NCBI GenBank assembly: GCA_965213925.1
Contig: OZ243927.1
Span: 1,728,001 to 1,792,000 of the forward strand
Direction: 5' to 3'
Origin: Trueperaceae bacterium
Lineage (GTDB): Bacteria; Deinococcota; Deinococci; Deinococcales; Trueperaceae
DNA length: 64,000 nucleotides
Notes under the pieces: generated by a model
Databases searched by the model: none
What the model saw: the letters and a program-made list of their open reading frames with translations, nothing else
Told to the model about the DNA's origin: nothing
Made by a program: the position numbers and the translations under genes
Shown here: positions 38,928 to 48,682 of the stretch, piece after piece
Numbering within the stretch: position 1 is the stretch's first letter
Layout: each line of letters starts with the position of its first letter

Positions 38928-40127
38928 CTACTCCGTCGACTGCTGCGCCGTCTGTCCTGGGCGTACTAGCTTATAGAGCACGGGGGCGTCCGCGTAGACC
39001 AAGAGGTAGTCGCCGCCCGCCCAGAGCGGATAACCGACCACAGCCCGCCAGGTCCTCTCCCCGACGCTGAGCTGCGTGTAGTCGCCCTGCGGCGACGCGC
39101 TCCAGCCGTCGCCTAAGAGGGTGCGCGAGGTGTCGCGCCCTAGTTCTCCTTCTGAAAAGAGCGTCTGCAGGTCGAATAGGGGGACGGGTAAGTCGGTTGG
39201 GAAACCCTCGGGCGGCGCGCGGTTGAACCAGGTGAGGCTCGGACCGCCGGGCGGCATCCTTTCGGGCGGGTTGCCGAGGGCGCGGTAACGTTCGCCGCGC
39301 AACGCCGCGACGTCGGACGTGGAGCCGCCCGACACCGCACCACCCGACACTGCGCTCGTCCCGAGGACCGCCGCTCGTTCGGCTGCCATACCAAACTGCT
39401 CGGCGAGCACCAGGTAGGGCGCGCCGCGTCCGGGCTCGAACAGGGTAAAAGGGCGCACCTGCTCGGGCGTCAGCTCCAGGCTGCGAGCGACCTCTTCGAG
39501 CCGCGCTTCGGCGTACGCCTCGCGCTCGGCTTCGCTCATCTCTCCGCCGGGCCAGAGTGAGAGGTTGTAGGTGCGTAGCGCGGTCCCCCCTGACCCTTCT
39601 TGCGGCGCGGCGCGCCACGCTTCGAAGATGACGCTGTCCGCGCCGGGGCGCAGCACGCGGTACTCGGCGATGAAGGGTTGGTCTTCGAAACGACCCTGGG
39701 TGCGCAGCGCTGCCCCTTCGCCCCAGGGCATGACCTCGAGGCTCACCATTTCGGGCGCGCTATCAAAACGCTCTAAAAGAGAGGGCTCCAAGGGGAAGAG
39801 TTCCGCCGGAATCCCTTCGGCGAGCGCGGGCACGGGCGCGGTGCCGCCGACGCCGCCCATCGCCTCGGCGTAGGTCTGCGCGGCGGCGCGGTCGGCGAAC
39901 GCGCCCACGCGCAGGCGAAAGATCGTGCCGCTCTCGCTCGGCACGCTCACCAAGTAAGCCGGATACCCCTCCCCGCGCAAACTCTGCTGCAGCGCTAGCG
40001 CCGCGTCCTCGTCGGAGAGGGCGGCGACTTGAACCGTATAGGAGATAGCCGCGCTCTGGCAAGCCAATTGTAAAACGAATAGAATGATGAAAAAGATAAA
40101 ATATGGACGTAAAGACTGAACGCGCAC
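38928..40127 (-). CDS. SPOR-domain secreted protein
   Basis: Signal peptide; YTVQVAAL...FRLRVGAF. Confidence 0.8.
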   Translation of the reverse strand: MRVQSLRPYFIFFIILFVLQLACQSAAISYTVQVAALSDEDAALALQQSLRGEGYPAYLVSVPSESGTIFRLRVGAFADRAAAQTYAEAMGGVGGTAPVPALAEGIPAELFPLEPSLLERFDSAPEMVSLEVMPWGEGAALRTQGRFEDQPFIAEYRVLRPGADSVIFEAWRAAPQEGSGGTALRTYNLSLWPGGEMSEAEREAYAEARLEEVARSLELTPEQVRPFTLFEPGRGAPYLVLAEQFGMAAERAAVLGTSAVSGGAVSGGSTSDVAALRGERYRALGNPPERMPPGGPSLTWFNRAPPEGFPTDLPVPLFDLQTLFSEGELGRDTSRTLLGDGWSASPQGDYTQLSVGERTWRAVVGYPLWAGGDYLLVYADAPVLYKLVRPGQTAQQSTE

Positions 40128-40383
40128 CTCGCTAGCGTACCACCCGTAACCCCTGCAAGAGAAGCTTTATAGGGCACGAAGCACAGTCGCGCAACGCTCC
40201 CGCTGGGCGAAGCAACGTAGCGGACTGGGTAGCAGCGCATCTTAGCAGCGCTATAGGTTGTGCTGAGTAGCGAGGCTAGCTCGAAAGGGGTAACTCAGGG
40301 GTGTTTTGCCGGGTAGGGATGGGGTACATTCGGTAGCGAGAAATTCTCGAGGTGGCGGGGGCAGCGCCAAACTAAGGAGCGTT

Positions 40384-41286
40384 ATGATCAACTTTGACTT
40401 CGGTCAAGCCTTGCAGCAACTCACCGAAAAGCTCACCGGTTGGGTGCAGAGCGCCGTCGTCGCCCTGCCGAACCTCGTCATCGCCGTTCTCGTCTTTCTG
40501 CTCTTCTACTTCGGCGCGAGAGCCGCTAGAAATCTTATTCAGCGCGGGCTAGATAACGTTTCACACAACCGCCAAGTCAACGGTTTAATCGCCACGACGA
40601 GCTACGTCGCGCTCATTATCGTCGGCGTCATGACTGCGCTAAGTATCCTCAACCTCTCGGGCGTCGTCACTTCCCTCTTGGCAGGCGTCGGCATCATCGG
40701 TCTGGCGCTCGGTTTCGCCTTTCAAGATTTGGCGGCCAACTTCATGTCGGGCATCTTGATCGCCATCCGGCAACCCTTTAATATCGACGACGTGGTCGAG
40801 ACGAACGACTACACGGGCACGGTTGAGAGCGTTTCGCTGCGCTCCACCTCGATTCGCACCTTTCAAGGGCAGATCGTGCTCATCCCCAATAAAGACATCT
40901 TCGGCAACCCTATTGTCAACTACTCGACCACGAGAAAACGCCGCATCGACCTCTCGTGCGGCGTCGCCTATGGGGACGACTTGGAGAAGGCGAAGGAGCT
41001 AGCCATCCAAGCCGTGAAGTCACTCGACTACCTCGACACGAACAAAGAGGTGCAGCTCTTTTACACTGAATTCGGCGATTCGTCGATCAACTTCGACCTC
41101 CGCTTCTGGATAGACTTTAAGAGCCAGGTGGACTATTTGCGGGCGCAGAGCGACGCGATTGTAAACATTAAAAAGAGTTTCGACGACAACGGTATCACCA
41201 TCCCCTTCCCGATTCGCACCTTGGACTTCGGCGTGGTCGGCGGGGAAAAGCTCGCCGAGGCGTTGCCGCCTAAGTTGAGAGGGTAA
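40384..41286 (+). CDS. mscS: Small-conductance mechanosensitive channel family protein
   Basis: GLALGFAFQDLAANFMSG, PFNIDD, IPNK, ITIPFP. Confidence 0.88.
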   Translation: MINFDFGQALQQLTEKLTGWVQSAVVALPNLVIAVLVFLLFYFGARAARNLIQRGLDNVSHNRQVNGLIATTSYVALIIVGVMTALSILNLSGVVTSLLAGVGIIGLALGFAFQDLAANFMSGILIAIRQPFNIDDVVETNDYTGTVESVSLRSTSIRTFQGQIVLIPNKDIFGNPIVNYSTTRKRRIDLSCGVAYGDDLEKAKELAIQAVKSLDYLDTNKEVQLFYTEFGDSSINFDLRFWIDFKSQVDYLRAQSDAIVNIKKSFDDNGITIPFPIRTLDFGVVGGEKLAEALPPKLRG

Positions 41287-41338
41287 TCATACCGCTACAT
41301 CCATTTCGCTGGTGCGAAAACTGCGCGATTGTTCCCAC

Positions 41339-42112
41339 TTAAAAGTCCTTCCGCTCAAAGAGCGTCACCGCGAGCGCGGCGAAGGCGGCAGCGTAGACGG
41401 CTAGGAGCATCATCGCCCAAGGTAGCGTGCCGCCGGGCGCGGCGTAGGCGTCCAGATGCTCGGTGAGCAAGAAACGCCCGAGCCCCGGAAAGACGACGAG
41501 GAGTTTCATGAAGATGAGCACGGACAGCGTCGCTAAGGCTCCCCCGGCAGCGTTCATGAAGATAACGGTGAAGAGCACCGCGAGAAGACCGATGGGGACG
41601 AGGCTAAAGGCGGCGACGAAGTAGGCGCGCAAGAGTTCGCCCAGCGCCGCCCCCGGTGTCGTTACGCCTTGCCCCAAAAGCCCCGCTTCGCCGACACCCG
41701 TGCCGCCCACGAACCCGCCGTAGCCGAAGAAAACGCCCGACACGAGCGAGGCGAGCAGGAGAAAGGCGAGGAGCAAAAAGGGGTAGGCGAGCGCCACCAA
41801 GAGCTTGGTGAGCAGCCACTGCGAGCGGGTGACGGGGCGCAAGAGAACGGTGGGCAAGGTGCCGTGCGTGCGCTCTAAACCGACCAGTTCGGCGCTGGCG
41901 ATGGCGACGAGCAGAGGCAGTAAGAACTCCATGCTCGAGAGTAGCGTCAGCCCCGGCACCTGGTAGCCCGAGACGATGAAAAAGCCGTAGATTTCGCGAA
42001 TACCCGGCGCGTACGCCCACACGATGGGGAAGAGCGCCAAGAGCCCCAAGCTGAAACGGAGACTCGAGAGGTGAAAGAGCTTGCCGAATTCCAATCTGAG
42101 GAGCGTTTTCAT
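41339..42112 (-). CDS. ABC-2 type exporter permease
   Basis: ERTHGTL..VL.RP, C-terminal FERKDF. Confidence 0.85.
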   Translation of the reverse strand: MKTLLRLEFGKLFHLSSLRFSLGLLALFPIVWAYAPGIREIYGFFIVSGYQVPGLTLLSSMEFLLPLLVAIASAELVGLERTHGTLPTVLLRPVTRSQWLLTKLLVALAYPFLLLAFLLLASLVSGVFFGYGGFVGGTGVGEAGLLGQGVTTPGAALGELLRAYFVAAFSLVPIGLLAVLFTVIFMNAAGGALATLSVLIFMKLLVVFPGLGRFLLTEHLDAYAAPGGTLPWAMMLLAVYAAAFAALAVTLFERKDF

Positions 42113-43188
42113 GCGGCTTCCTTCGCGCTGTCGGTATTTTCTACCTTGGAGTTTCTGGAGGTTCTTTTGACCGCGCCACCATGTGTTTTTTGCGCAGCCG
42201 CTTGGTTCCGCGCCACGCGCTCGGCGTAGTACGCTTGCAGGTTGAACGTGTCTTTTGTAAGCGAGAACACCTCGACGCCCGCGCCGACTAAGGTACTGGA
42301 GACGCGCCCCAGCGCGCCCTCGTCCGTCAGCGCGAAGACGACTTCGCCTTCGCCCCCGCCGACCTCGCCGATGAAGGGTTGCGTCTGCAGCGCGACTTTG
42401 GCTTGCGCCGCGTTCGAAACGCGCGCTTTGTAGCGCTGGCGGCGCTCACGTAAATCGACCTCTTCGACCAGCGCGCCCTCTTCTAAGATAGCGACCCTCG
42501 AGCAGTACGCCACGACCTCGTCCAGGTGATGCGTCGAGAGCAGGACCGCCGCGCCGCCCTCCGCCGCTCCGCGCAGCACGCGGTGCACGAGGTGGAGGCT
42601 CAAGGGGTCCATCCCGCTCGCGGGCTCGTCTAAAATGAGCACGTCGGGGCGCGTCAGAATCGCCGCCGCCACGCCCAAGCGCTGCCGCATCCCCAGGCTG
42701 TACGCGCCGACCTTGCGCTCCGCCGCGTTGCCGAGTTCGACGGTGTCCAACACCTCGGTGATGCGCCCCGCTTCGACGCCGCCCGCGAGCTGCGCGTGCA
42801 GGTGTAAGTTGGCGCGTCCCGTCAGGTAGGGGTAGAACGCCGCCGGAGCCTCCACGACCGCGCCCAACTTGCGGCGCACCTCCGGCGCGGTCAAGGGGTC
42901 CTCGCCGAGCAGCTTAACGGTACCGGAGGTCGGAAAGATAAGCCCGGTCAAAAGCCGAATCACCGTCGTTTTGCCCGCGCCGTTCGGTCCGACGAGCGCG
43001 TAGACCTCGCCGGGGTCGACGTGGAAGCTTAGGTCGCGCACGACGGGGCGTTTGCCCCGCACTTTGTTGAGATTCTGCACCTCGATAGCTTTTTGAGGTG
43101 CGTGGACGGCTGCGGCGATTTGCTTGCCCAACTCGTCCTCAACCTCGAAGTCGCTATCTAAGTCATCTAAGGAGAAAGCGTCATCCAT
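42109..43188 (-). CDS. ABC exporter ATP-binding protein
   Basis: GPNGAGKT, YSLGMRQR, LDEP. Confidence 0.92.
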   Translation of the reverse strand: MDDAFSLDDLDSDFEVEDELGKQIAAAVHAPQKAIEVQNLNKVRGKRPVVRDLSFHVDPGEVYALVGPNGAGKTTVIRLLTGLIFPTSGTVKLLGEDPLTAPEVRRKLGAVVEAPAAFYPYLTGRANLHLHAQLAGGVEAGRITEVLDTVELGNAAERKVGAYSLGMRQRLGVAAAILTRPDVLILDEPASGMDPLSLHLVHRVLRGAAEGGAAVLLSTHHLDEVVAYCSRVAILEEGALVEEVDLRERRQRYKARVSNAAQAKVALQTQPFIGEVGGGEGEVVFALTDEGALGRVSSTLVGAGVEVFSLTKDTFNLQAYYAERVARNQAAAQKTHGGAVKRTSRNSKVENTDSAKEAA

Positions 43189-43299
43189 GCCCTCTTATAT
43201 CAGCCGAGCGAGAGGGGCGACGCGAGATGTTTCTCAGTTGTGGGATGGCTCCCCCCGCTTGTCTGTGACGGATGCACAGCCAATGACGTTTAACGCGCC

Positions 43300-43776
43300 T
43301 CACGCCCCTCCCTGTAAGGTTTCTAACTTCTTCGCCACGCGCTCCGCGTGTCCCGTCGCTTTAACGTCATACATCGCCTCGGCGATCAGCCCTTGCGGGT
43401 CGATGATGAAGGTCGAGCGGATGATGCCCTCGTACGTCTTGCCGTAATTTTTCTTCTCGCCGTACGCGCCGTAGCGCAGGGCGACCTCGTGCTCCGGGTC
43501 ACTCAGGAGCGGAAAGGGCAAGCTGTTCTCCTCGGCGAAACTCTCGTGAGAGGAGAGGTCGTCCGCTGAAATGCCCAGCACTTGCGCGTTCAACCTCGCT
43601 GAGCTAGACAAGTCGCGAAAGTCGCACGCCTCCTGGGTGCAGCCCGGTGTGGCGTCTTTGGGGTAGTAGTACACCACAACCCATTCGCCTAGATGCTCGG
43701 CGAGTGTTTTGATCCCTCGGTTGGAGGGTAAGCTGAAGTCGGGGGCCCTGTCGCCCGCTTTGAGTTTGGTGCTCAT
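43300..43776 (-). CDS. bcp: Peroxiredoxin Bcp
   Basis: YYPKDATPGCTQEACDFRD. Confidence 0.92.
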   Translation of the reverse strand: MSTKLKAGDRAPDFSLPSNRGIKTLAEHLGEWVVVYYYPKDATPGCTQEACDFRDLSSSARLNAQVLGISADDLSSHESFAEENSLPFPLLSDPEHEVALRYGAYGEKKNYGKTYEGIIRSTFIIDPQGLIAEAMYDVKATGHAERVAKKLETLQGGA

Positions 43777-43925
43777 GAGGACAGCTTGACATGCGAAGAG
43801 GGCGCAGACAGTGTGGCGTCTCAGCTTCTCGGCAGGTCAGCCTTTCAGGAGAATCGTCGAGCGTCGTTCCCCAATCTCCTGAACCAACAGCGCAAACCTG
43901 TTTTCCTATTCGTCTTCTAACTTAC

Positions 43926-44082
43926 TACTCTGTCAGCTAAGTTCTGCGACGCTGTTGTCACCCTGAGCTTGTCGAAGGGTCTCGTCTTGCAATCTCGGCT
44001 AGCCGAGATTGCAAGACGAGATTCTTTCTCTCCGCTGCGCTGCGCTCAGAATGACATACTTCATTTTTTAGCTGACAGTGTA
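43926..44082 (-). mobile_element. MITE family A copy 10, minimal form
   Basis: TACTCTGTCAGCTAA ... TTAGCTGACAGTGTA; CTTAC at 43921-43925 and 44083-44087. Confidence 0.9.
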
Positions 44083-44087
44083 CTTAC

Positions 44088-44302
44088 TACTCTGTTAAGT
44101 GAAAGATGAGTCATGTCATTCTGAACGTAACGAAGTGGAGCCCTTTACAGGATAGGCTTCGCCTGATGAAAGAATCTCTGACCTTGCTGACTCCTCTGAC
44201 AGAGATTGAAAGTTACGTAGTTTTGGCTACTGCCAAACGAGACCCCTCGACTGCGCTCCGCTCGGGGTGACAACAGTGTTGCATTCCTTGCTTAACGCTG
44301 TA
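44088..44302 (+). mobile_element. MITE family A copy 11
   Basis: CTTAC at 44083-44087 and 44303-44307; opposite orientation to copy 10. Confidence 0.9.
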
Positions 44303-44435
44303 CTTACTCCAAATCCTTACAACCTGACTGGCTGACAAGATGACCAGCTTTTTCCTGATCGACTGACGAGCTGACACGCTTCTTCTGCTAAAGTGGACCT
44401 CATGACACTATCCTCTTACTGCGAGGGCTACGAGC

Positions 44436-45119
44436 GTGCCTGACCTCGAGGCTCAAAAAGAACAAGCTGCCTTGAAAGCGTTGGGGCACATCGAAAGCGG
44501 TATGCGCGTCGGGCTCGGCACGGGCAGCACGGCAAAATACCTCATTCAAGCGTTGGGGCAAAACCTTCGCAAAGGTGCGCTGCAAGATATCTCCGCCGTG
44601 CCGACCTCAGAAGCGACGGCGCAGATGGCGAGAGACCTCGGTATTCCTTTACAAGACCTCTCTGCGTCGGGCGTGGACGTCGCCGTCGACGGCATGGATG
44701 AGGTGACGGATACCTTAGACGCCATCAAAGGACTAGGCGGCGCGTTAGCGCGGGAGAAGGTCGTAGCGGCGAGAGCGGCGCGCTTCATCCTCATCGGCGA
44801 CGACACCAAGCGCGTGCGCTATCTGGGCGAGAAAGCGCCTGTCCCCGTCGAGGTGCTCCCCTTCGGTTGGCGAGCGGCGCGCGCGGACCTCGCCGCGCTC
44901 GGCTGCGAGGTCGTGCTGAGAGAGAAAGAGGGCGAGACCGTGAAGAGCGATAACGGTAACCTCTTGCTCGACTGTCACTTCTCGGAGCCCTTTGACGTGC
45001 AAGAGGTCGCCGTGCGAATAAGCGTCATTCCCGGCGTGTTGGAGCACGGCCTCTTCTTAGGGCTCGCCGAACGCGCCTTCGTCGCCACCGCCGAAGAGGT
45101 CACCGAACTTCGTCTATGA
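44436..45119 (+). CDS. rpiA: Ribose-5-phosphate isomerase A
   Basis: GLGTGST, DGMDEV, KGLGGALAREK, SDNGN, GVLEHGLF. Confidence 0.95.
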   Translation: MPDLEAQKEQAALKALGHIESGMRVGLGTGSTAKYLIQALGQNLRKGALQDISAVPTSEATAQMARDLGIPLQDLSASGVDVAVDGMDEVTDTLDAIKGLGGALAREKVVAARAARFILIGDDTKRVRYLGEKAPVPVEVLPFGWRAARADLAALGCEVVLREKEGETVKSDNGNLLLDCHFSEPFDVQEVAVRISVIPGVLEHGLFLGLAERAFVATAEEVTELRL

Positions 45120-45129
45120 GGCTTAGCCT

Positions 45130-45489
45130 ATGATTGTCGCTATCGGGCTCGACGTAATCGAATTGGAGCGCATCCAGGGTGTCTGGAACCGGCACCGCCA
45201 CCGCTTTCTGGAGCGGCATTTTCACCCGGACGAACTCGAGTACTGCCTCAAGCAGAAGAACGCGCTGCCGAGTTTAGCGGCCCGCTTCGCCGCCAAAGAA
45301 GCCTTTCAGAAGTGCTGGCCCGAGCCGCACGGCTGGCGCGACGTGTGGGTGCTGCGCGACGGGATGAAGCCCGTGCTGCGTTACAGCGAAGAAATAGAGG
45401 CAGTCATGGCGCGCGAAGGGTGGCGCGCGCACCTGAGCTTGACGCATTCCAAAGCGCACGCGGCGGCGGTGGTGGTGCTCGAGACGTAG
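45130..45489 (+). CDS. acpS: Holo-ACP synthase
   Basis: [19 protein letters not shown]. Confidence 0.93.
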   Translation: MIVAIGLDVIELERIQGVWNRHRHRFLERHFHPDELEYCLKQKNALPSLAARFAAKEAFQKCWPEPHGWRDVWVLRDGMKPVLRYSEEIEAVMAREGWRAHLSLTHSKAHAAAVVVLET

Positions 45490-45490
45490 C

Positions 45491-46414
45491 TTAGTCGTTA
45501 CGCGCTAGAAACTCGAGCACCACCTCGTTGAACGTCTGCGCCCGGTCCTCATTCGGCAAGAGCTTCGCACCCGTAATCGGCACGAACTCGGTCTGCGGTC
45601 TCGCCCGCAAGAAGTCCGCCGCGTCGCCGATGGGCGTCGTGTCGCCCTCCGTCCCCCACAAGATGAGGGAGGGTTGCACCACCTCCGGCCAGAGCCCCGA
45701 GACATCTTGGTCTAAGTTGCCCGAGATAAAGGAGAGTACCGCCCACTTCGCGTTCTCCACCTTGAGGTTGCGGTCGTAGGTCGCCAGGACCTCGGGCGTG
45801 AGGCTCTCGCGGCTCGCGTAAGCGTCTAGGAGAAAGAGCCGCTGCGTCCCCTCATCTAAGAGCGTGACGTAGATTAAATTGCCCGTGAAGCCGGTGAAGC
45901 GCCCGAACGCCTCTATACGCGCCTCGTTCTGAGGTCGCGCCAAGCGCTCGTATCCCGTCGGGCTGATGAGGACGAGGCTTTTCGCCGCGCCCGGTCGCTC
46001 CGCCGCGATGCGAATCGCGTACGCCGCGCTGAGCCCGTTCGCCACGAGCACCGCTTCGCCCGAGACCTCTTCTAAAAACGCCGTGAGTTGCGCCACGTAT
46101 AGGTCCTGCGTGTAGCGAAGCTCGGGATGCGCGCTGCGCCCGAAGCCCAAGAGGTCGACGACGTAGACCCTGTAGCCAGCGGCGGCGAGCGCGGGCGCGT
46201 TTTTGCGGTACTGAAAGCCGGAGGAGCCCCCGCCGATGCCGTGCACCATCACAACGGCTGGACCCTCCCCGATGACCTCGTAGTAGGTTTCGTATTCGCC
46301 CAGCGTGACGGTTCGCGTCTGCGTCCCCGGAATGATCGCAGGCTCTTGCTCGATATCTAACGAGGGCAAGCACGCGCTGAGCAGGAGCGCTAGGGGGACG
46401 AAAAAGCGCTTCAC
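45491..46414 (-). CDS. Lipoprotein with alpha/beta hydrolase fold
   Basis: GTG overlapping the sufU stop; lipobox LLSA-C; VHGIGGG, DLLGFGRS. Confidence 0.8.
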   Translation of the reverse strand: MKRFFVPLALLLSACLPSLDIEQEPAIIPGTQTRTVTLGEYETYYEVIGEGPAVVMVHGIGGGSSGFQYRKNAPALAAAGYRVYVVDLLGFGRSAHPELRYTQDLYVAQLTAFLEEVSGEAVLVANGLSAAYAIRIAAERPGAAKSLVLISPTGYERLARPQNEARIEAFGRFTGFTGNLIYVTLLDEGTQRLFLLDAYASRESLTPEVLATYDRNLKVENAKWAVLSFISGNLDQDVSGLWPEVVQPSLILWGTEGDTTPIGDAADFLRARPQTEFVPITGAKLLPNEDRAQTFNEVVLEFLARND

Positions 46415-46830
46415 GGGGCGCGCTCTAAGGCACGCTCGAGCGTCACCCACGGCAGCGCGGCGCACTTCACGCGGGCGTGCAGCTTCGCGACGCCCTGGAG
46501 CATCCTCAAGTCGCCGAGGTCGGCGCTAGGCGGCTCGCCCTGCAGCATCGCCTTGAACTTTTCGCTCGTCGCTAAGGTCTCTGCCAACGTCTTGCCCTTG
46601 ACCGCTTCGCTCATCATCGAGGCGGAACTCTGGCTGATGGCGCAGCCCTCGCCCACGAACTTCACGTCGGTAATGACGTTTTCCTCGACGATAAGAAACA
46701 GCTCCAACTCGTCGCCACACGAGGGGTTGAGTCCCTCCTCGCGCACGGTGGCGTCCGCGAGTTCGCCCCGGTTACGCGGGCGTTTGTAGTGCTCTAAGAT
46801 GACCTCTTTGTATAGATTCTCTAGTGCCAT
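46411..46830 (-). CDS. sufU: SufU/IscU-type Fe-S scaffold / sulfur-transfer protein
   Basis: LYKEVILEHY, NPSCGD, GCAISQSSAS, RVKCA. Confidence 0.9.
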   Translation of the reverse strand: MALENLYKEVILEHYKRPRNRGELADATVREEGLNPSCGDELELFLIVEENVITDVKFVGEGCAISQSSASMMSEAVKGKTLAETLATSEKFKAMLQGEPPSADLGDLRMLQGVAKLHARVKCAALPWVTLERALERAP

Positions 46831-46839
46831 CTGGGTTCC

Positions 46840-47232
46840 CTACATCATTCCTGAGTTGTCGGCGACTTCCCAAAGGTGACCATCAGGGTCAGCGAAATAG
46901 CCCGAGTATCCACCCCAAAAAGCTTTTTGCGCATACTTCACGATACGTCCGACCGCTCTTTCTGCTTGTTTTAGAAGCGCATCAACCTCCCCTTCGGTCT
47001 CGACGTTATGCGCGAGTGTGACGCCTGAAAAGCCGGCTTCTCCGACGGGTACTTGAGCGTCTTCGGCTAATGCGTCTCTTGAGAAGAGCGCGAGCGTTAG
47101 ACCTCTAAGGGGGATGAAAACGATGCTACCGCTATTCTCGCTTGGAGTTAGACCGAGTCCATCACGGTAAAATGAGAGGGAGCGCTCCAAGTCTTGAACG
47201 CCTAAGGTAACGATGCTGATGCGAGGTTCCAT
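46840..47232 (-). CDS. VOC/glyoxalase family protein
   Basis: MEPRISIVTLGV...WGGYSGYFADPDGHLWEV. Confidence 0.9.
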   Translation of the reverse strand: MEPRISIVTLGVQDLERSLSFYRDGLGLTPSENSGSIVFIPLRGLTLALFSRDALAEDAQVPVGEAGFSGVTLAHNVETEGEVDALLKQAERAVGRIVKYAQKAFWGGYSGYFADPDGHLWEVADNSGMM

Positions 47233-47448
47233 AGAGCTAAGCTTACTCGAAAAAGTCAAGCGTGCGCGTTTCGGGGCTCGAGCATCCTTTTGCCACGCTG
47301 GACGACCTCGCGAACCCTGTGTTACGCTCCAGCTATGCTTCATCAGGTACTGACAACTGGTCCTGCTCGTCCGCACGGTGGCTCGGGCGACATCAGGCAA
47401 TAGGGACTGGTCTGTCAACTTTTCATCTCTAAAACCTGAGGAGTACCC

Positions 47449-48645
47449 GTGCAAAATTTACGTATTCGTTTGTTGCGTTTCTACGCCACTGTGTCGTCTC
47501 ATTCCTATCAAAAACAGCAATTCTTCTCCTGCCTCGCAATCTTTTTCGTTCTCGGGTTACAGTCGGGCGCGTGGACCGTGCTGCTCGCTGATCTTGCGGA
47601 GGCTGCGAATGCTAACCCGGCTCGGTTGGGCGTTGCTCTGACGAGCATATCCGCTGCGGGCATCACGTCGCTTATCTTCGGAGGACGCCTAACCGATGTC
47701 CTCACTCGGCGTACGATTCTCGTTCTTTCTCTTATCGGCTCAGCCATGTTCTTTGCCATGCTCAGCGCGGTTTCTACCTACACGCAACTACTTGCCGCTT
47801 TCATCTTCGGGGGTCTCGTCATCAGCTTCTTTGACCTCATCGCCAACGCGATCGGCGGCGACTTTGAGCAGCAACACGGGAAAGCTCGCCTTACCTTCTT
47901 CCACGCGGGCTGGAGTTTCGGTGCGGCGTTGGGAGCCCTTGCAAGCGGGGTCGCCCTAGCTGTAGAGATAAGCTACTCGGCGCTCTTCGTTAGGTTGGCG
48001 GGTCTGCTTGTCTTTGCTGGACTCTTGAGCATCATTGCGCCCTTCCCTAAACAAGTGCGAGAACGAGAAGCGTCAGCGCAAACATCAGGGCGTGTGCTTA
48101 GTATCCGGGGTGTACTGCTCGCCGCACTACTAGTCGTTTCGACCTTCTCCATTGACGCGGGGCTCGAGGGCTACATCTCCCTCTATCTAAGGCAACTCAT
48201 CGGGAGCGGCGCACTTTTGGGCGGTATCAGTGTGGCGCTTCTCTACAGTGCTGCGGTTGTAGGAAGGCTCATGAGTGGCGCGGCGATTGGGCGTTTCGGA
48301 GAGCGGCATGTCATCTTGGTGTCCGGCGTGCTGACGCTGGTTGCGCTGCTACTTATCACGCTCTTCACCTCCACCTTACCTGTCGCTATAGGACTGCTTA
48401 TTATCGGTCTGGCATTATCCCCGCTCGCTCCCATTGCTTATTCGCAAGCAGCGAGAGCTGTGCCGGGGCGCGGTGGGCAAGCCGCCTCTGCGGTGACAAT
48501 CTTCGGTTACAGCGCCTTCTTGATTGCGCCTCTAATTATTGGTGGTGTAGCTGAACTTGCCTCATTGAGAACTGCGTTTATGCTACTTTTCGTCTCCGGT
48601 TTTGGCATTGTTGCGGTGTCTCGAGCGACGAAACCAAGCGCGTAG
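47449..48645 (+). CDS. MFS transporter
   Basis: About 12 TM helices; GGRLTDVLTRR and GRFGER loops; start uncertain. Confidence 0.85.
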   Translation: MQNLRIRLLRFYATVSSHSYQKQQFFSCLAIFFVLGLQSGAWTVLLADLAEAANANPARLGVALTSISAAGITSLIFGGRLTDVLTRRTILVLSLIGSAMFFAMLSAVSTYTQLLAAFIFGGLVISFFDLIANAIGGDFEQQHGKARLTFFHAGWSFGAALGALASGVALAVEISYSALFVRLAGLLVFAGLLSIIAPFPKQVREREASAQTSGRVLSIRGVLLAALLVVSTFSIDAGLEGYISLYLRQLIGSGALLGGISVALLYSAAVVGRLMSGAAIGRFGERHVILVSGVLTLVALLLITLFTSTLPVAIGLLIIGLALSPLAPIAYSQAARAVPGRGGQAASAVTIFGYSAFLIAPLIIGGVAELASLRTAFMLLFVSGFGIVAVSRATKPSA

Positions 48646-48682
48646 GACATATGTCTAACCTCTCAAAAGGTAAACTGTTCAC

